From NCBI RefSeq assembly GCF_018350175.1, contig NC_058368.1:184948001-185012000 (forward strand): a stretch of 64,000 nt of DNA, in the 5' to 3' direction. This DNA is from Felis catus. Taxonomy: Eukaryota. Each line of letters begins with the position of its first letter. The stretch's first letter is position 1. The notes beneath the pieces are model-generated. The model had not been told where the DNA came from, searched no databases, and saw only the letters and a program-made list of their open reading frames with translations. Shown in pieces: positions 52,176 through 64,000 of the stretch. Both the position numbers and the translations under genes were made by a program.

Positions 52176-53898
52176 GAGTTGTTTCTACTTTTTGTTTGCT
52201 ATGAGTAATTCTGCGTTCATGTACATGTTTTAGTGTGGATATATATTTTTATTTCTGTTGGGTATTTACCTAGCAGTGGAATTGATAGGTCATATGCCAG
52301 CTCTATATTTTGAGTAATTACCAAGCTTTTTTTCTAAAGTAGCTACACCATTGTCCCTCCTCACCAACAATGTATAAGGGTTCCAATTTTTCCACATTCT
52401 TGTCAACACTCATTATTTGGTGTTTTGATGATAGTCATCCTAGGGGCTGTGATGTGTTATCTCATAGTTTTGTTTTGCATTTGTCTAATGACTAATAATG
52501 TCGAGCATCTTTTCATGGCCTTACTGGTCATTTTAATATCTTCTTTGGAAAAAAAATGTTTTGCTCATTCATTATGGTAAAATATTCATCAGATAAAATT
52601 TACCACTTTTAAGTGTACAGTTCACTGGCATGAAGTATATTCAAATTGTTATGCAACCATCACCACCATCCATCTTCACAACTTTTTCATCTTCCCAAAC
52701 TGAAACTGAAATTCTGTGCCCATCAAATAAGTCCCCTTACTTTGATCCCCAGCTCCTGGAAACTACAATTCTACTTTTTGTCTATGAATTTGACTATTCT
52801 AGGTATTTAATATAAATGTTATCATACAGTATTTGTTATGTTTGTGACTGGCTTATTTCACTTAGCATGATGTCCTCAAGGTTCATCCATATTGTAGCAT
52901 TGGCCAGAATTTCATTGCTTTTTAAGGGTGAATAATATTCCATTGTATGTATGTACCCTGTTTTGTTCACCCATTTATCAATCAAAGGATACTTGGGTTG
53001 TTTCCACCTTTTGGCTATTGGTGTGATGAACACTGGTGTATAAATGTCTCTTTGAGACCCTGCTTTCAAATGTTTTGAGTATATTGAAGTGGGATTGCTG
53101 GATCATATTATAATTATATCTTTAATGTTTTGAGAAACTGCCATACTGTTTTCTATAGTGGTTGTACCATCTTACTTTCCCACCAACATTGCACAATGGT
53201 CTAGTTTCTCTACATCTTTGTCAACACTTGCTAATTTTTTTTCTTTTTTTTGATAATAGCGAACCTAATGGGTGTGAAATTGGATTTATGTGGTTTTAAT
53301 TCGCATTTCTCCAATGATTAGTGATGTTAGACATCATTTTATGTTCTTTATTTTATTCTCTTTTCTTTGTTCAACTGATGTTTATTAGGTGTCTGGGCAC
53401 ACAGAAACAAAATACATGATCCAGGATCTCCAGAAGCTCTTAGCAGAGTGTAGTCTAGTAGTAGTCGTCGTCGTTGTCGTTGTCATCATTGTCTAATGCT
53501 TAAATTTCTTGGAAAAAATTACTAACTTGTCTGAGTACCCACTCTCTCTTCTGAGTAAAAGTAATAACACCCATTCCACAGGAATGGATGTTGTGTCTTT
53601 TTGTGTCCTTATTGGTCATTTGTATATGTTCTTTGGAAAAATATCTATCAAGTCCTTTCCCCATTAAAAAAAAAGTTTATTTATTGTGTGTGAGAGAGAG
53701 AGAGAGAAGGAGAGAGTGAGCACGAGCAAGGAAGGGGGAGAGCGAGAAAGAGAGAGAAAAAGAATCCCAAGCAGGCTCCACACTGCCAGTGCTCAGCTCA
53801 ACGCAGGGCTTGAACTCACAAACTGCAAGATCGTGACCTTAGACTAGATCAAGAGTTGGAGGCTCAACCGACTGAGCCAATCAGACACCCTACCATTT

Positions 53899-55320
53899 AT
53901 TTTTAATTTTTTAATTTTTTAATTTTTTTGTTGGCCTCTGAACTTTTTATTGGCCTCCTGCTCTCCATAGGTACCCTGCTTCTGCTGCTTCAGTGCCTCA
54001 GAACTTTGGTATCGTTGGTCTTAGGACCTTGCTGTCCACAATCTTGTGGGTGGTGGTCATCTAGATGGTTTACAAGGAATTGCTGCTATCCAGGGCATCA
54101 CCAAGACTGAAGTCCTACCTGTGTTCCAGCAGGCGACGGTAGGTGGTGATCTCAGCCTTCAGCTTAAACCTGACATTGAGCAAGGAAAGCCTCATACTCT
54201 TGGCCACTCTTTGCCCCTGCCCCTCTGCCTGGGCTGGGACAGCTCTGACTCCAGATGCAGCAGGACCCTGTTGAGTTGCTCCATCTGCATCATGTAGTGG
54301 GCCTCCACCTTCCAAGCTGTTCCCCAAGCTGGCCTTCAGGTTTCTCATTGAGTGCAGGTTGATTTCCAAGGTCTGGGCTGTACGTCTCAGCTCCATGAGG
54401 GTCATCTCAACTGATCCTATCTTAGTGGTCTGTGAGGTAACCACTGTGGTGCTCTCCTCAATCTTCTCAGACCAGTACTTGTCCAGCTTCTCTCGGTTTT
54501 TGAGCCAGTTCATCATCCTGGGCCCGGATGTCCGCCATGATTTTGCTGAGGTCCTGAGATTTTGGGGGCATCCAAGTCTATGGTCAACCCAGAGTTGACA
54601 GTTTGGTTTTGTAGACCTTTTACTTCCTCCTCCTGGTTCTTCTTCATGAAGAGCAGCTCCTCCTGGAAAGCCTCAATCTCTGTCTCCAGCTGCAGCCAAG
54701 TGACATTGGTGTCATTAGTTACCTCACAGAGGCCATGGATGTCACTCTTCAAAGACTGGCACATGGCCAGCTCCATCTCATACTTGATTTTGAAGTCATC
54801 ATTAGCAAGATGGGCATTGTCAATCTGCAGAACAATGTGGACATTGTCCACAGAATTTTCAAAGAACTGAGCCTTGATGGTCTTGAAGTAATGTCCCCAG
54901 TTTCTGACCTGGGGTTCTTTCTTCTCTAGGTGTTTCCAGATTTTGATCTCCAGTCTCTGATTATCAGCCTCCAGATTCCTCACCCTCTCCAGGTAGGAGG
55001 CCAGATGGTCATGCAAGTCTTGCATGGTCTCCTTCTTGCCCTGGATTTCCCCTATGCCCACCAGACCCCTGGCTATCCTGGTGGCCATGTCCCAGGCCCC
55101 CAACCATCCTGAAGCTAGAGTAGCAGGATATGGAGATCCAGGAGCTTGAACCCTCAGTGCCTGCATAGACCCTGGCTGCACTGCTGACTGGCTGAACCTG
55201 GTGGCTGGGCGACTGCACTGAGCCCAGGGACCCGTAGTTGGAGGAAAAGGTAGAGCGGTTGGTGAAGCTCATGCTGTTCCAGGAGTAAGAGGAGAGGCCA
55301 GGAATCAGGCTTGGGCCACC
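53899..55320 (-). pseudogene. KRT18: Keratin 18 processed pseudogene
   Basis: Intronless; ATG at 55272 (MSFTNRSTFSSNY), KETMQDLHDHLASYLERVRNLE rod start, ...DTKVLRH* with stop at 53990; several frameshifts; AATAAA 53946-53951 and decayed poly(A) ~53899-53929; TACCATTT repeated at 53891 and 55326. Confidence 0.95.
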
Positions 55321-55404
55321 ACCCATACCATTTTAAATCAGATTTGTTATTGTTGAATTCTAGGCATTCCTTTTATATTTGGGATATTAACCTGTTATCA
55401 TATA

Positions 55405-55634
55405 CAGTAAAACCTTGGTTTGTGAGCATAATTCATTCTGGAAACATGTTTGTAATCCCAAGCACTTGAATATCAAAGCGAATTTCAAGAACCAATGGCC
55501 CAGTTGTGATCATGTGATGTTTGGCATCATATACTACTCATATTGCAAGACATCACTGGTTTATCAAGTTAAAATTTATTATAAATGTTTGTGCATCTTG
55601 CAGAACAAGTTACTCACAATCCAAGGTTTTATTT
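55405..55634. mobile_element. Tc1/mariner-Tigger-type MITE (MER82-like)
   Basis: 22-bp imperfect TIRs cagtaaaaccttggtttgtgag / ctcacaatccaaggttttattt; inserted at a TA. Confidence 0.75.
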
Positions 55635-56009
55635 ATATGACTGGCAAATATTTTCTCCCATTCCATAGGCTGCATTTTTACTCTGTTGATAGTGTCCTTT
55701 CATGCACCAAGGTTTTTCATTTTGATGCAATCCAGTTTTCTATTATTTTTCTTTTGTGGCGTATGCTTTTGATGTCACATCCAGGAATCATTACCAAATC
55801 CAACGTTGTGAAGCTTTTCCCCTGTGTCTTCTTCTAAGAGTTTTATAGTTTCTCTACCCAACATAAACAGAAAAGGTTTTGCTTTAGATAAATCATTTCT
55901 CTTCTTCCTTTTTCTTTTCATGTTGTAATCCCTCATGTTCCCTATATTTACCACAAAGTGGCTAGCTAATCTGAGAATTTAACCTGTACCAATATTAATG
56001 TGTTTTTCC

Positions 56010-56575
56010 TATTGGTTATTTATGGCTACATTAAACAACAACAACAACAACTACCTCAAAGCTAAGTGACTTAAAACAGTGATGCCATTTACTTACTAAC
56101 AAATCCATACTCAGCCAGAGTAGGCTAGAGTGGCTCAGAGACTGATAGCTGTAATTCTCTGAAGGGTCACTCACTCACTCACTCACTCACTCACTCACTC
56201 ACTCACTCACCTGTGTGGCCTTAATGCTGTCTGGGTGGGACTTCAGCTTTGGTTGTAACCAGAATACTTGCATGTGATGTTTCCATATGACTGCTGGGCT
56301 TTCTTATAGCCTGGTGGCTGGGTTCCAAGGGTGAGCACATAAAGAAAGAGAGATAGAGATTAGAGAGCAGGCAGGAGCCATATGGTCTGTATGAACTAGT
56401 TTCTGAAGTCATGCCACATTCCTTCTGTTGTTCTCTATTTGCCAAGCAGCCTAGTCCACTTCAAGGACAGGGAAAATAGGCTCTGCTTACTGATACATGG
56501 CTGCAAGGTTCTGGGAGAGCATTTAAGGCCAGGAATATTGCTGTGGCTATTTTTGGAAATACAATCTTCATACCT
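56010..56575 (-). mobile_element. MaLR (MLT1-type) LTR with (CACT)n expansion
   Basis: aactacctcaaagctaagtgacttaaaaca...ggctatttttggaaatacaatct; (CACT)n ~56168-56210. Confidence 0.65.
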
Positions 56576-58116
56576 CACAATAGCAATATACAAATTCTGA
56601 AAAGGCAATATTAAAAATCTAAAGAAATGATTGTCAAAATGGGAGTTTCAGGCAATAAAACACAGTTTTGGCAGAGATAGTTAGACAGCCCTTTCAGTAA
56701 CATTAGGTAGGCAACCACATATTCTATAATACATGGACCAGTTCAAAAAGGGAACAATGAGCTTTTCTAAGGACTATGTGAGTCAAGCTGTCTACACAAA
56801 GTCTTGCAAAGTAGAATTTATTTTTGAAAAATCACTAATCTTAAGATTTGAAGAGAATGTTCTAATAAGTTTCCTTATCATTGCTGCTTAAACTTGTGTA
56901 GAGATACTGTCATTCAGAATGGTCAGGATGTTATCAGTGTGGGTTCTTTTTTTAAATTCTGAAGCCACCTAATTATAAAATTAGTAAAGATTAGACAGTT
57001 TGAAAGATGAATGTTGAAAAAATATTATGTCAAGGAAAGCAGAAAAGGACATGGATTTGAAGGTCATCTAGAATTCTGTGGAGAGTGATTCTGTTGGAAC
57101 TGAGTGCTGAGAATATCAACAGTGCCTTATTCATGCTGTTTTTGAACTTAAGGTCTAAGTGATTTACATTTGGTAACCAGATCTTATTATTATTTCTACT
57201 ATGTACCTGTCTAGAAAGTTACTCGTAACTGGGGGAAAAAGAACTACTCCAAATTTATACTGTTTGTCACTTTGCCAATCAGAAAGTTCTACAAATGAAT
57301 ACTTTTGATATTTTTTGCAAACTCTAGTCTAATTACCAGTACCAAATGCTGACACTCACTGGAACAGAGCATTAAGTGAATATTGGGTTGTGACAGCTAA
57401 TTATTCTGATTTAAGAAGGAGTCTGTTTCTTCATGCTCTTAGTCACAGACTGTTATAGTGAGACATTGTTTTTCTTTGTTTACTCCCATGAGTTTTAGGT
57501 TAATGGTTAAGTAAACCCTAATACTATCAGTTAACCAGAATGTTTGACTAACTCTCCCTTGTCATTGCCCCAGACAACAGAGCCTTTATCTTATATGTAA
57601 GCTCAAGACCATTGTGGTAGGTACTGGGAGTTCTTGTTACATAAGTGCTGACGCAAGTTACCCCCAGTTACAATAGTAGACATAATATGAACATATTCAC
57701 TAATGAACCAAGCACTTATGAAATTAGTCTCATCTCAAAGATTCTTTCACTCATTAACACTTGTGTCTAGCCCACCCATCAGGTCAATGTCTTTGTCAAG
57801 CATAATATATAATGTAAATAGGACACAGATGGATTACAAAATTAAGTTGCAAACCTTGTAAAAAGGATGATGACAGGATAGATAATTCAGAAGGGAATGA
57901 TTTGAATATCAAAGGATAAGGAGGGGCCCTTGGGAAAATTGATGAAACTCTAGTATATTTTGCAAAAATTTTAAAATTGAATATGAAGGAAATACTGACT
58001 TAGGACTCTCATCAACTTTATCAAAAGAATCATGCCAGAACTAAAACAAAATCAATCCTTAATTCATTTTTTGTTTGGTGTATTAGGACATATTTGTAAT
58101 TACAAACTAACTTTTA

Positions 58117-58364
58117 TTTTTTTTTATTTTTATTTTTTTAATTTATTTTTTAATTTTTTTTCAACGTTTATTTATTTTTGGGACAGAGAGAGACAGAGCA
58201 TGAACGGGGGAGGGGCAGAGAGAGAGGGAGACACAGAATCAGAAACAGGCTCCAGGCTCTGAGCCATCAGCCCAGAGCCTGACGCGGGGCTCGAACTCAC
58301 GGACCGTAAGATCGTGACCTGGCTGAAGTTGGACGCTTAACCGACTGTGCCACCCAGGCGCCCC
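58117..58364 (-). mobile_element. Young felid-type CAN-SINE
   Basis: 15-bp TSD ACAAACTAACTTTTA at 58102 and 58365; long tail. Confidence 0.92.
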
Positions 58365-58589
58365 ACAAACTAACTTTTAAATATAAGATAAAATTACAAT
58401 CTTTGGTTTCTCTTCTCATTATGAATGTCCCTATAAAAATTTTTTTCTCATTATTTAATATGAATTTCTATTCCACTTTTAATAGATGTTGTTTTCCTGT
58501 TATTAATTATCCTCAGATAATGAGGACATCCTAAATCAATGCTCCTCATGTTGGTAGTTTTCTAAAACCTATATTCAATTATTTATTTA

Positions 58590-58806
58590 TTTAATGTTTA
58601 TTTATTTTGAGAGAGAGAGAGAGAGCGAGAGTGAGTGAGCTTGAGCAGGGGAGGGGCAGAGAGAGAGGGAGACAGAGAATCCCAAGCAGGCTCTGTGCTG
58701 TCAGTGCAGAGCCCAACATGGGGCTTGAACCCATGAACCATGAGATCATGACCTGAGCTGAAACCAAGAGTTGGATACTTAACTGACTGAGCCACCCAGG
58801 CACCCC
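58590..58806 (-). mobile_element. CAN-SINE
   Basis: Reverse body ending ccacccaggcacccc. Confidence 0.87.
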
Positions 58807-59454
58807 TAAAACTTGGATATTGAAACATTAATTCTCTCTCCAAGACTACAATCCTGTAGACACTTCCTAGTACCAAATACTAGAGTTCACACCCTCCTTT
58901 AAAAAAGTTTAGAATTACAGCAGATTTCTAGAATGCTAGAGTCTGACATGACCTAACATGTCACTGTTAAGTGACAATGCACCTCTGCAGCCCTCTGTTT
59001 TCTTGTGGAAGAAACTGAATTGTCGTCTTGTTCCCCCGTAACTGCTCCAGTAACATTGATTCTGTTTTCCCTGACTTGCATGTGTGATCTAAACATAAAT
59101 TCCTCTGCTTGAAATGTCTTCCACCTTCTTTTTTCTACCCTTCTCAATCGTTATGGCCCTTTAAGATAGTTTTCAAACACAGCTTCTTCAGTGAAGAACT
59201 CCCTAGTTCCCAAAAGAAAAACAATTTTTTCTAAGTTTTTACATCATTGGTCTTATACATTTGACAGTTATCATCTTTGTCTTCTTAGCACTTACAGTAA
59301 CAGCTAATTCCATCTACTTCTGTGACTCAAATCCCCTATCCCACTTTTCATCCCCTGCTTATGTTCATTAGAGACAAAGCACTGAACATTGTAACTGCCT
59401 CTTCTTGCATTTACCTTAATATTTTATTTTGTATTTTTAAATGGACTGTGGGCA

Positions 59455-60125
59455 ATCATTCATCTAAGAGCAATTTTGCCCCCCAGAGGACATTTCACAA
59501 TGTCTGGAATATTTTTTAAAGTTTATTTATTTATTTTTGAGAGAGAGAAAGAGAGAGAGTGAGCGAACGAGCATGCGCAGCTGGGGAAGGGCAGAGAAAG
59601 AGAGGGAGAGAGAGAATCCTAAGCAGGCTCCATGCTATCAGCACAGAGCCTGATGAGGGGCTCTATCCCACAAACTGTGAGATCATGACCTGAGCTGAGA
59701 CCAAGAGTTAGATGTTCAGAGCGCCTGGGTGGCTCAGTTGGTTAAGCATCTGACTTTGGCTCGGGTCATGATCTCGTGGTCTGTGAGTTTGAGCCCTGTG
59801 TTGGGCTCTTTGCTGACAGCTCAGAGCCTGGACCCTGCTTCTGATTCTTTGTCTCCCTCTCTCTCTGCCCCTCCCCTGATTGCGCTCTGTCTCTCTCTCT
59901 CAAAAAATAAATAAACCTTAACAACAACAACAAAAAAGAGTTGGATGCTCAACTGACTGAACCACCAAGTTGCTCCTGGAATAATATTTGATTGTCACCA
60001 CTGGGGAAGAGCTATGTCTTTTAGTGGTAGAGTCCAGGGATGCTGCCAGATATCTTCTAATGCACAGGACAGGCCCCACAACAAAGAATAGTATGGTCCA
60101 AAATGTCAGTTATACCAAGGTGATT
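59455..60125. mobile_element. MER20 interrupted by a SINE-within-SINE
   Basis: MER20 halves (gcaattttgccccccagaggacatt...; gtagagtccagggatgctgc...aatgcacaggacaggccccacaacaaagaat); SINEs 59515-59975. Confidence 0.82.
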
Positions 60126-60974
60126 GCACGTAATGACCTTTGCTGTGTTAGTGATCAGACAACTGGGGATATATCCCCAAACCTTTTTCAAAAATTATTA
60201 TAGAACTTCTTAGTGAGGATTCATTTTCTCCACTAAGGGATCCTCTAATATTATGCCTGCAGAATAGAAAAAAAAAGTTTAGCTGACAGTGTTTTGGGAG
60301 TGAGATAGGGAGGGGGAATTCTTAGTCCCCCTGTTTCCAGTTAGGTGCCCTACCCCTTCTCTCCTCAGTGCCCAGTGTTCCAAAGTCCAGGATCTCTCTG
60401 CTTCAGTGTCTTTATAGAATAAGTTCTGCAGTGTCCTGTGGTGGTCTGGGTAAAGTAAATTCCTGGCTGTGGTGTGGTCATGGGGATATGGGGGTTTAAT
60501 GACTCCTTATACAGATTTTTAAATGATCACCACATCTCACTCTGTTTTCTGAGGTACCTGGAGCCTTCAGTTCCTGTATGCTTCTCTCTTTTCCTTTTCT
60601 CCCTTCCCTACCCTTACATCTGTGTCCTTCCCTCCTTCTTCCTTTCTTTCCTTCTGTCCCTCCTTTCCCTCCCTTCCTTTTGTCTTTCTGTCTTTCTCTG
60701 ACTGAATAGGTTTCCTTTGGGGGTATAATCTTTTTCCTGAAGTCAGGTTTTAAGCTTTCTCCACTCTGGTGAATCAGTTAGCTTTTCATCTTTCAAAAAT
60801 GTGTTAACTTCTTCATCAGCTTCCTTCCATTCTCTTTGCATTTTAGAATGATATTGTTTGTATTTATTTTACTATTGATTTACTATTGTATTTATTTTAC
60901 TATTGTTTACGGAACACCTGTATTCAGTCAGCCACCTTAGAAGAAGTCCAAAGTGTCCTTAGTCTTTTTTTAAA

Positions 60975-60985
60975 AATATTTATTT

Positions 60986-61036
<51 letters not shown>

Positions 61037-61143
61037 CAAGCAGGCTCTGTGTGCTGTTAGCGCAGAGCCTGATGTGTGAGATTATGACCTGAGCTAAAAT
61101 CAAGAGTTGGATGCTTAACCAATTGAGCCACCCAGTTGCCCCC
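60975..61143 (-). mobile_element. CAN-SINE with (GA)n
   Basis: Reverse body; ccttagtc on both flanks. Confidence 0.85.
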
Positions 61144-62049
61144 AAAATGCCCTTAGTCATTTTGCATGGCTTTGGAGTATTGGATAATACAAGATTCTTT
61201 TAAGAATGAAGTGATTCTTACTCCAGAGATTCATTTTTTCCCCTTTTTTCTGGCACAGGGGGTGCGATGTACATGCAAAGGCAGATAACCAGAGAGCATA
61301 CACATCAGATCTGGGACAGCAGTGTTCACTGGAGAAAATTCATAGAGACAGAAGTAGCAGGCAGGTTGTTAACTTTTGTCCACTCATTCTAGGGCAGTAC
61401 AGAAGTCTAGCAAAATCAGTATTGCCAGGAAGCAGAATTCTGGGGCTACTGAGCTAGGTAGGCAAAGTCCCTTGTGCACCATTTACATGGTAGCAGTGGA
61501 ACTGCCCACCTCAGGGGGTCCTGCAAAAGCAGACAGTGAGGATAGTGGCAACAGTCACAATGGACTGAAGATTAGATGACTTCTGTCGATTTTTCAGGTG
61601 CTGGTAAGCTCCCAAGATTCCCATGTAACTCTGGAAAAGGAAATGATGACAGAGCTGGGTTAAAGGGAAATACATGCGAAATTTCTTACACACTTGGACA
61701 ATTAAGTGTCACATAGAACATGTATGTTTGAGATGTTGTCCCCCTGTCTCAATATGGCCTGACTTAAAATGAAACTAGGATGTTTTTAGGCTTGTTGAAC
61801 CAAAAGAGACTTGATCTTTTTCGCTGCAGAAAGGGCAGACTATTTATTGCTATGAAAACTTTAGTTTGTTGGCCCTTGACGTTTAGAACTATGGGGGTGG
61901 GGTGGGGCATTATAGTGTTCGAGAAGTAGAAGTGAGTTTAAACAGCACAATGGGAAAAGGGGTGAGGGCAGGTTGAGTCTAGATGATATAGACTAGTATG
62001 GGGCAGGCAAAGACTAATGGAGCACATGCTGTCTCTTGTGGTCCCTGCT

Positions 62050-62456
62050 TTCTCCAGGAACCAGGTTATTGTGCAAAACCAAACTGCATACTGAGCAAAA
62101 CAAAGCAGAAAGATGAGTTCATTGCAACAGTTTTGACGTGCAAGCCCTGAAACTCAAGACTATGGAGCAATGAGTTCCAAGTTGCTCAGACTGAAGGACT
62201 TTTATAGGGTAAATGCAGAAGTTATCTGGCTTGTTCAGCTGATTGGTTGCCAGGTGGTCTTTTTCCTTATCTGGAATAGGGTGGCTGAGTCAGGGCAACA
62301 AGGAAGTCCAGAGATGCTGTAAAGAGCCTTGGTGTTTGGGGTTTGGCTGGCATCCTCTGCTGATCTCTGAGGAGAGTTGTGAATTCCTGTGAGGTGAGGT
62401 TAACTTTTGTTCTTTTTTATACACCTGCATTGACCGTCTCCATTTTTCCCCTGACA
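62050..62456 (-). mobile_element. Probable ERV solo LTR
   Basis: On minus: TG start, CCAAT (62242-62246), TATAAAA (62200-62206), then a T-rich U5-like segment; 3' end not resolved. Confidence 0.55.
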
Positions 62457-63121
62457 TAAATGACTCCATTTGAGTTTGGCTGTACATTGTCATTGCAGGA
62501 ACTGGCTCAGAGAGGACCTGCTTCCCTTGCCTCTCACGTCTTATGTTGATCAAGGGCTTCCGGCTGTGTTGGCAGGTGTCACAGAGGAAGGAGGATCACG
62601 GATGTGTGAGCGCCACATGACTTAGTCGGGGAAATGGATCAAATCCAGACTGGTGAGTCCTGTGGCTCGGGGTGTAGTACGAATGACATTTCTGGGGATA
62701 AGATGATGGGGGCATTTGGTTTGGAGGCTGAGAAGGACCACCTTCAGGATAAAATTAAATCTTGCCTAAGACAGATCATGTGTTTCAAAGTAAGTAGACT
62801 GAAGAGTTCTTTCTTGGGTTAAAAATATCACTGTTTATCTTCTTTTCATTTGAAATAGCTTATTTTGCAGTTATTTATGAAAAGATGCTAGGAGGAAACA
62901 ACATTTCACAATTAAGTACTTTACAGGATCTGTCAAAGAAGATAGAGAGTATCTTACTAACAAGTGAATGTTTTCAAAAGCCTAGAATTCAACCATTTAG
63001 ATACCATCCTGTGTGCTAGCTATGAAGTAACTGTGATTTTAGCTAAAAAGAAAAGAAAAGAAAAGAACCCTTCAGTGAATAGGAAGTAATAAAGAAATTC
63101 TTTAATGCGAATTGTATTTGC

Positions 63122-63232
63122 TTTATATATATATGTGTATATATATATATAGATATATCTATATATATATATCTATATATATATCTGTGTGTACATAGTA
63201 CGTGTGTAAGTATACACGTGTATTTATATATG
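63122..63232. repeat. (AT)n/(GT)n low-complexity repeat
   Basis: Mostly alternating purine-pyrimidine tract. Confidence 0.9.
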
Positions 63233-63438
63233 TAAAATTTACAACAGGCAACCTGTGGCAAGTTTGAGAGGGCAGTGACATGTACCAGAGTGGGTGTAAC
63301 TGTTCTTAACCATCTCTTTTTTCCATATTGAAGCCAGTCCCAGAACAATGGCCTAGGTGCCCCAGTGCCAGTAAACACAATCCTTCTGGAACTCTCTGGC
63401 TCCATTTTTGGTAGTGCCACAGGGTGTGGGCTTGGTTT

Positions 63439-63793
63439 TGTTAAAGTAATTACACAAGCTGGCCGTTAGACTGGGGTACCTCTAATGCTTGTTAGCCTGC
63501 TGAGCAAACCAAAACCTGAGCCAGGGCCAATGCACTGGAACCCGAGAAAATCAAACTGAAGAACAATCACAAACAGCCAACCAGGCATTCCCAAATAAGG
63601 CAAGCACTTAAGCTATCACCAATCAAATAATTTCCTTCTTTGCTTCTAGGTCTCCTGTCTAAAAACCTCTCCCCTAGTGCCGGTCAGTGGAGCAACTCCT
63701 AACCACTGACCGTTTGGCAGTGTCTGATTCCAATCAATGTCTGTTCAATTTAAGTTTTGAAAATGTTAAGGTGCCTCAGTTTAGATTTTAACA
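63439..63793 (+). mobile_element. ERV1-type solo LTR
   Basis: TGTTAAA...TTTAACA inverted termini with 4-bp TSD GTTT; internal ccaatca box. Confidence 0.8.
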
Positions 63794-64000
63794 GTTTTCT
63801 TTCATTGCAACATAGTGGCAAAGAGCATTGGAAGTTGAGGGAGTAAATAGGGAGAACAGGCCTCAGAGTCTGTTTTGGTCTGAGGCTTAGGAGAAAGAAA
63901 GCTTCTACCTGGTTCAACTTGATTACTAGATTTCTGCCTTTGAGATTGGGTTCAAGGCCTGGCTGGTATTAAAGTGTTCCTTTCCTCTCCTGTGTCTGGT

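Larger units (their letters stand above)
52180..55850 (-). mobile_element. Old antisense L1 segments hosting the KRT18 retrocopy, a SINE (53675-53890) and a MITE
   Basis: L1 sequence resumes in register across the insertions (agtcctttccccatt ... ttaaatcagatttgtt; ttatcatata ... tatgactggcaaatattttctccca). Confidence 0.75.

Noticed and set aside
54513..55181. Longest ORF in the window (222 aa) as a functional keratin gene
   Set aside because: Intronless, frameshifted at both ends, with poly(A) tail and flanking duplication: a processed pseudogene
61376..61693. Short ORFs and a possible AG...GT-bounded exon at ~61390-61460
   Set aside because: No recognisable homology or partner exons; such motifs are common by chance

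Overview
Mammalian genomic DNA, almost certainly a felid (cat-like), judged from the dense tRNA-derived CAN-SINEs, several of the young felid type with intact 15-17 bp target-site duplications (TSDs). It covers the conserved HMMR-NUDCD2-CCNG1 cluster. HMMR coding exons 1-11 are on the minus strand (186-21241; 1268 coding nt; the gene continues beyond the left edge). A complete 4-exon NUDCD2 is on the plus strand (21907-27116; 157 aa) and shares a ~0.7 kb bidirectional CpG promoter with HMMR. A complete CCNG1 is on the minus strand (CDS 37469-40940; 295 aa), with a non-coding first exon, an intron 3 nt after the stop, and an intron-1 p53 element. The right third is intergenic: a KRT18 processed pseudogene, L1/L2/MIR, MaLR and ERV LTRs, and DNA-transposon remnants, often nested. 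Exon boundaries were read by hand (all GT-AG, phases consistent). Repeat boundaries are approximate, and repeat family names come from recall rather than a search. I found no clearly new biological system. The best leads are regulatory (p53 element, CDE/CHR, an overlapping uORF in HMMR, an AP-1/NF-kB pair, tandem miR-122 sites next to a SINE carrying poly(A) signals) plus a possible decayed coding exon at ~44.7-45.2 kb.
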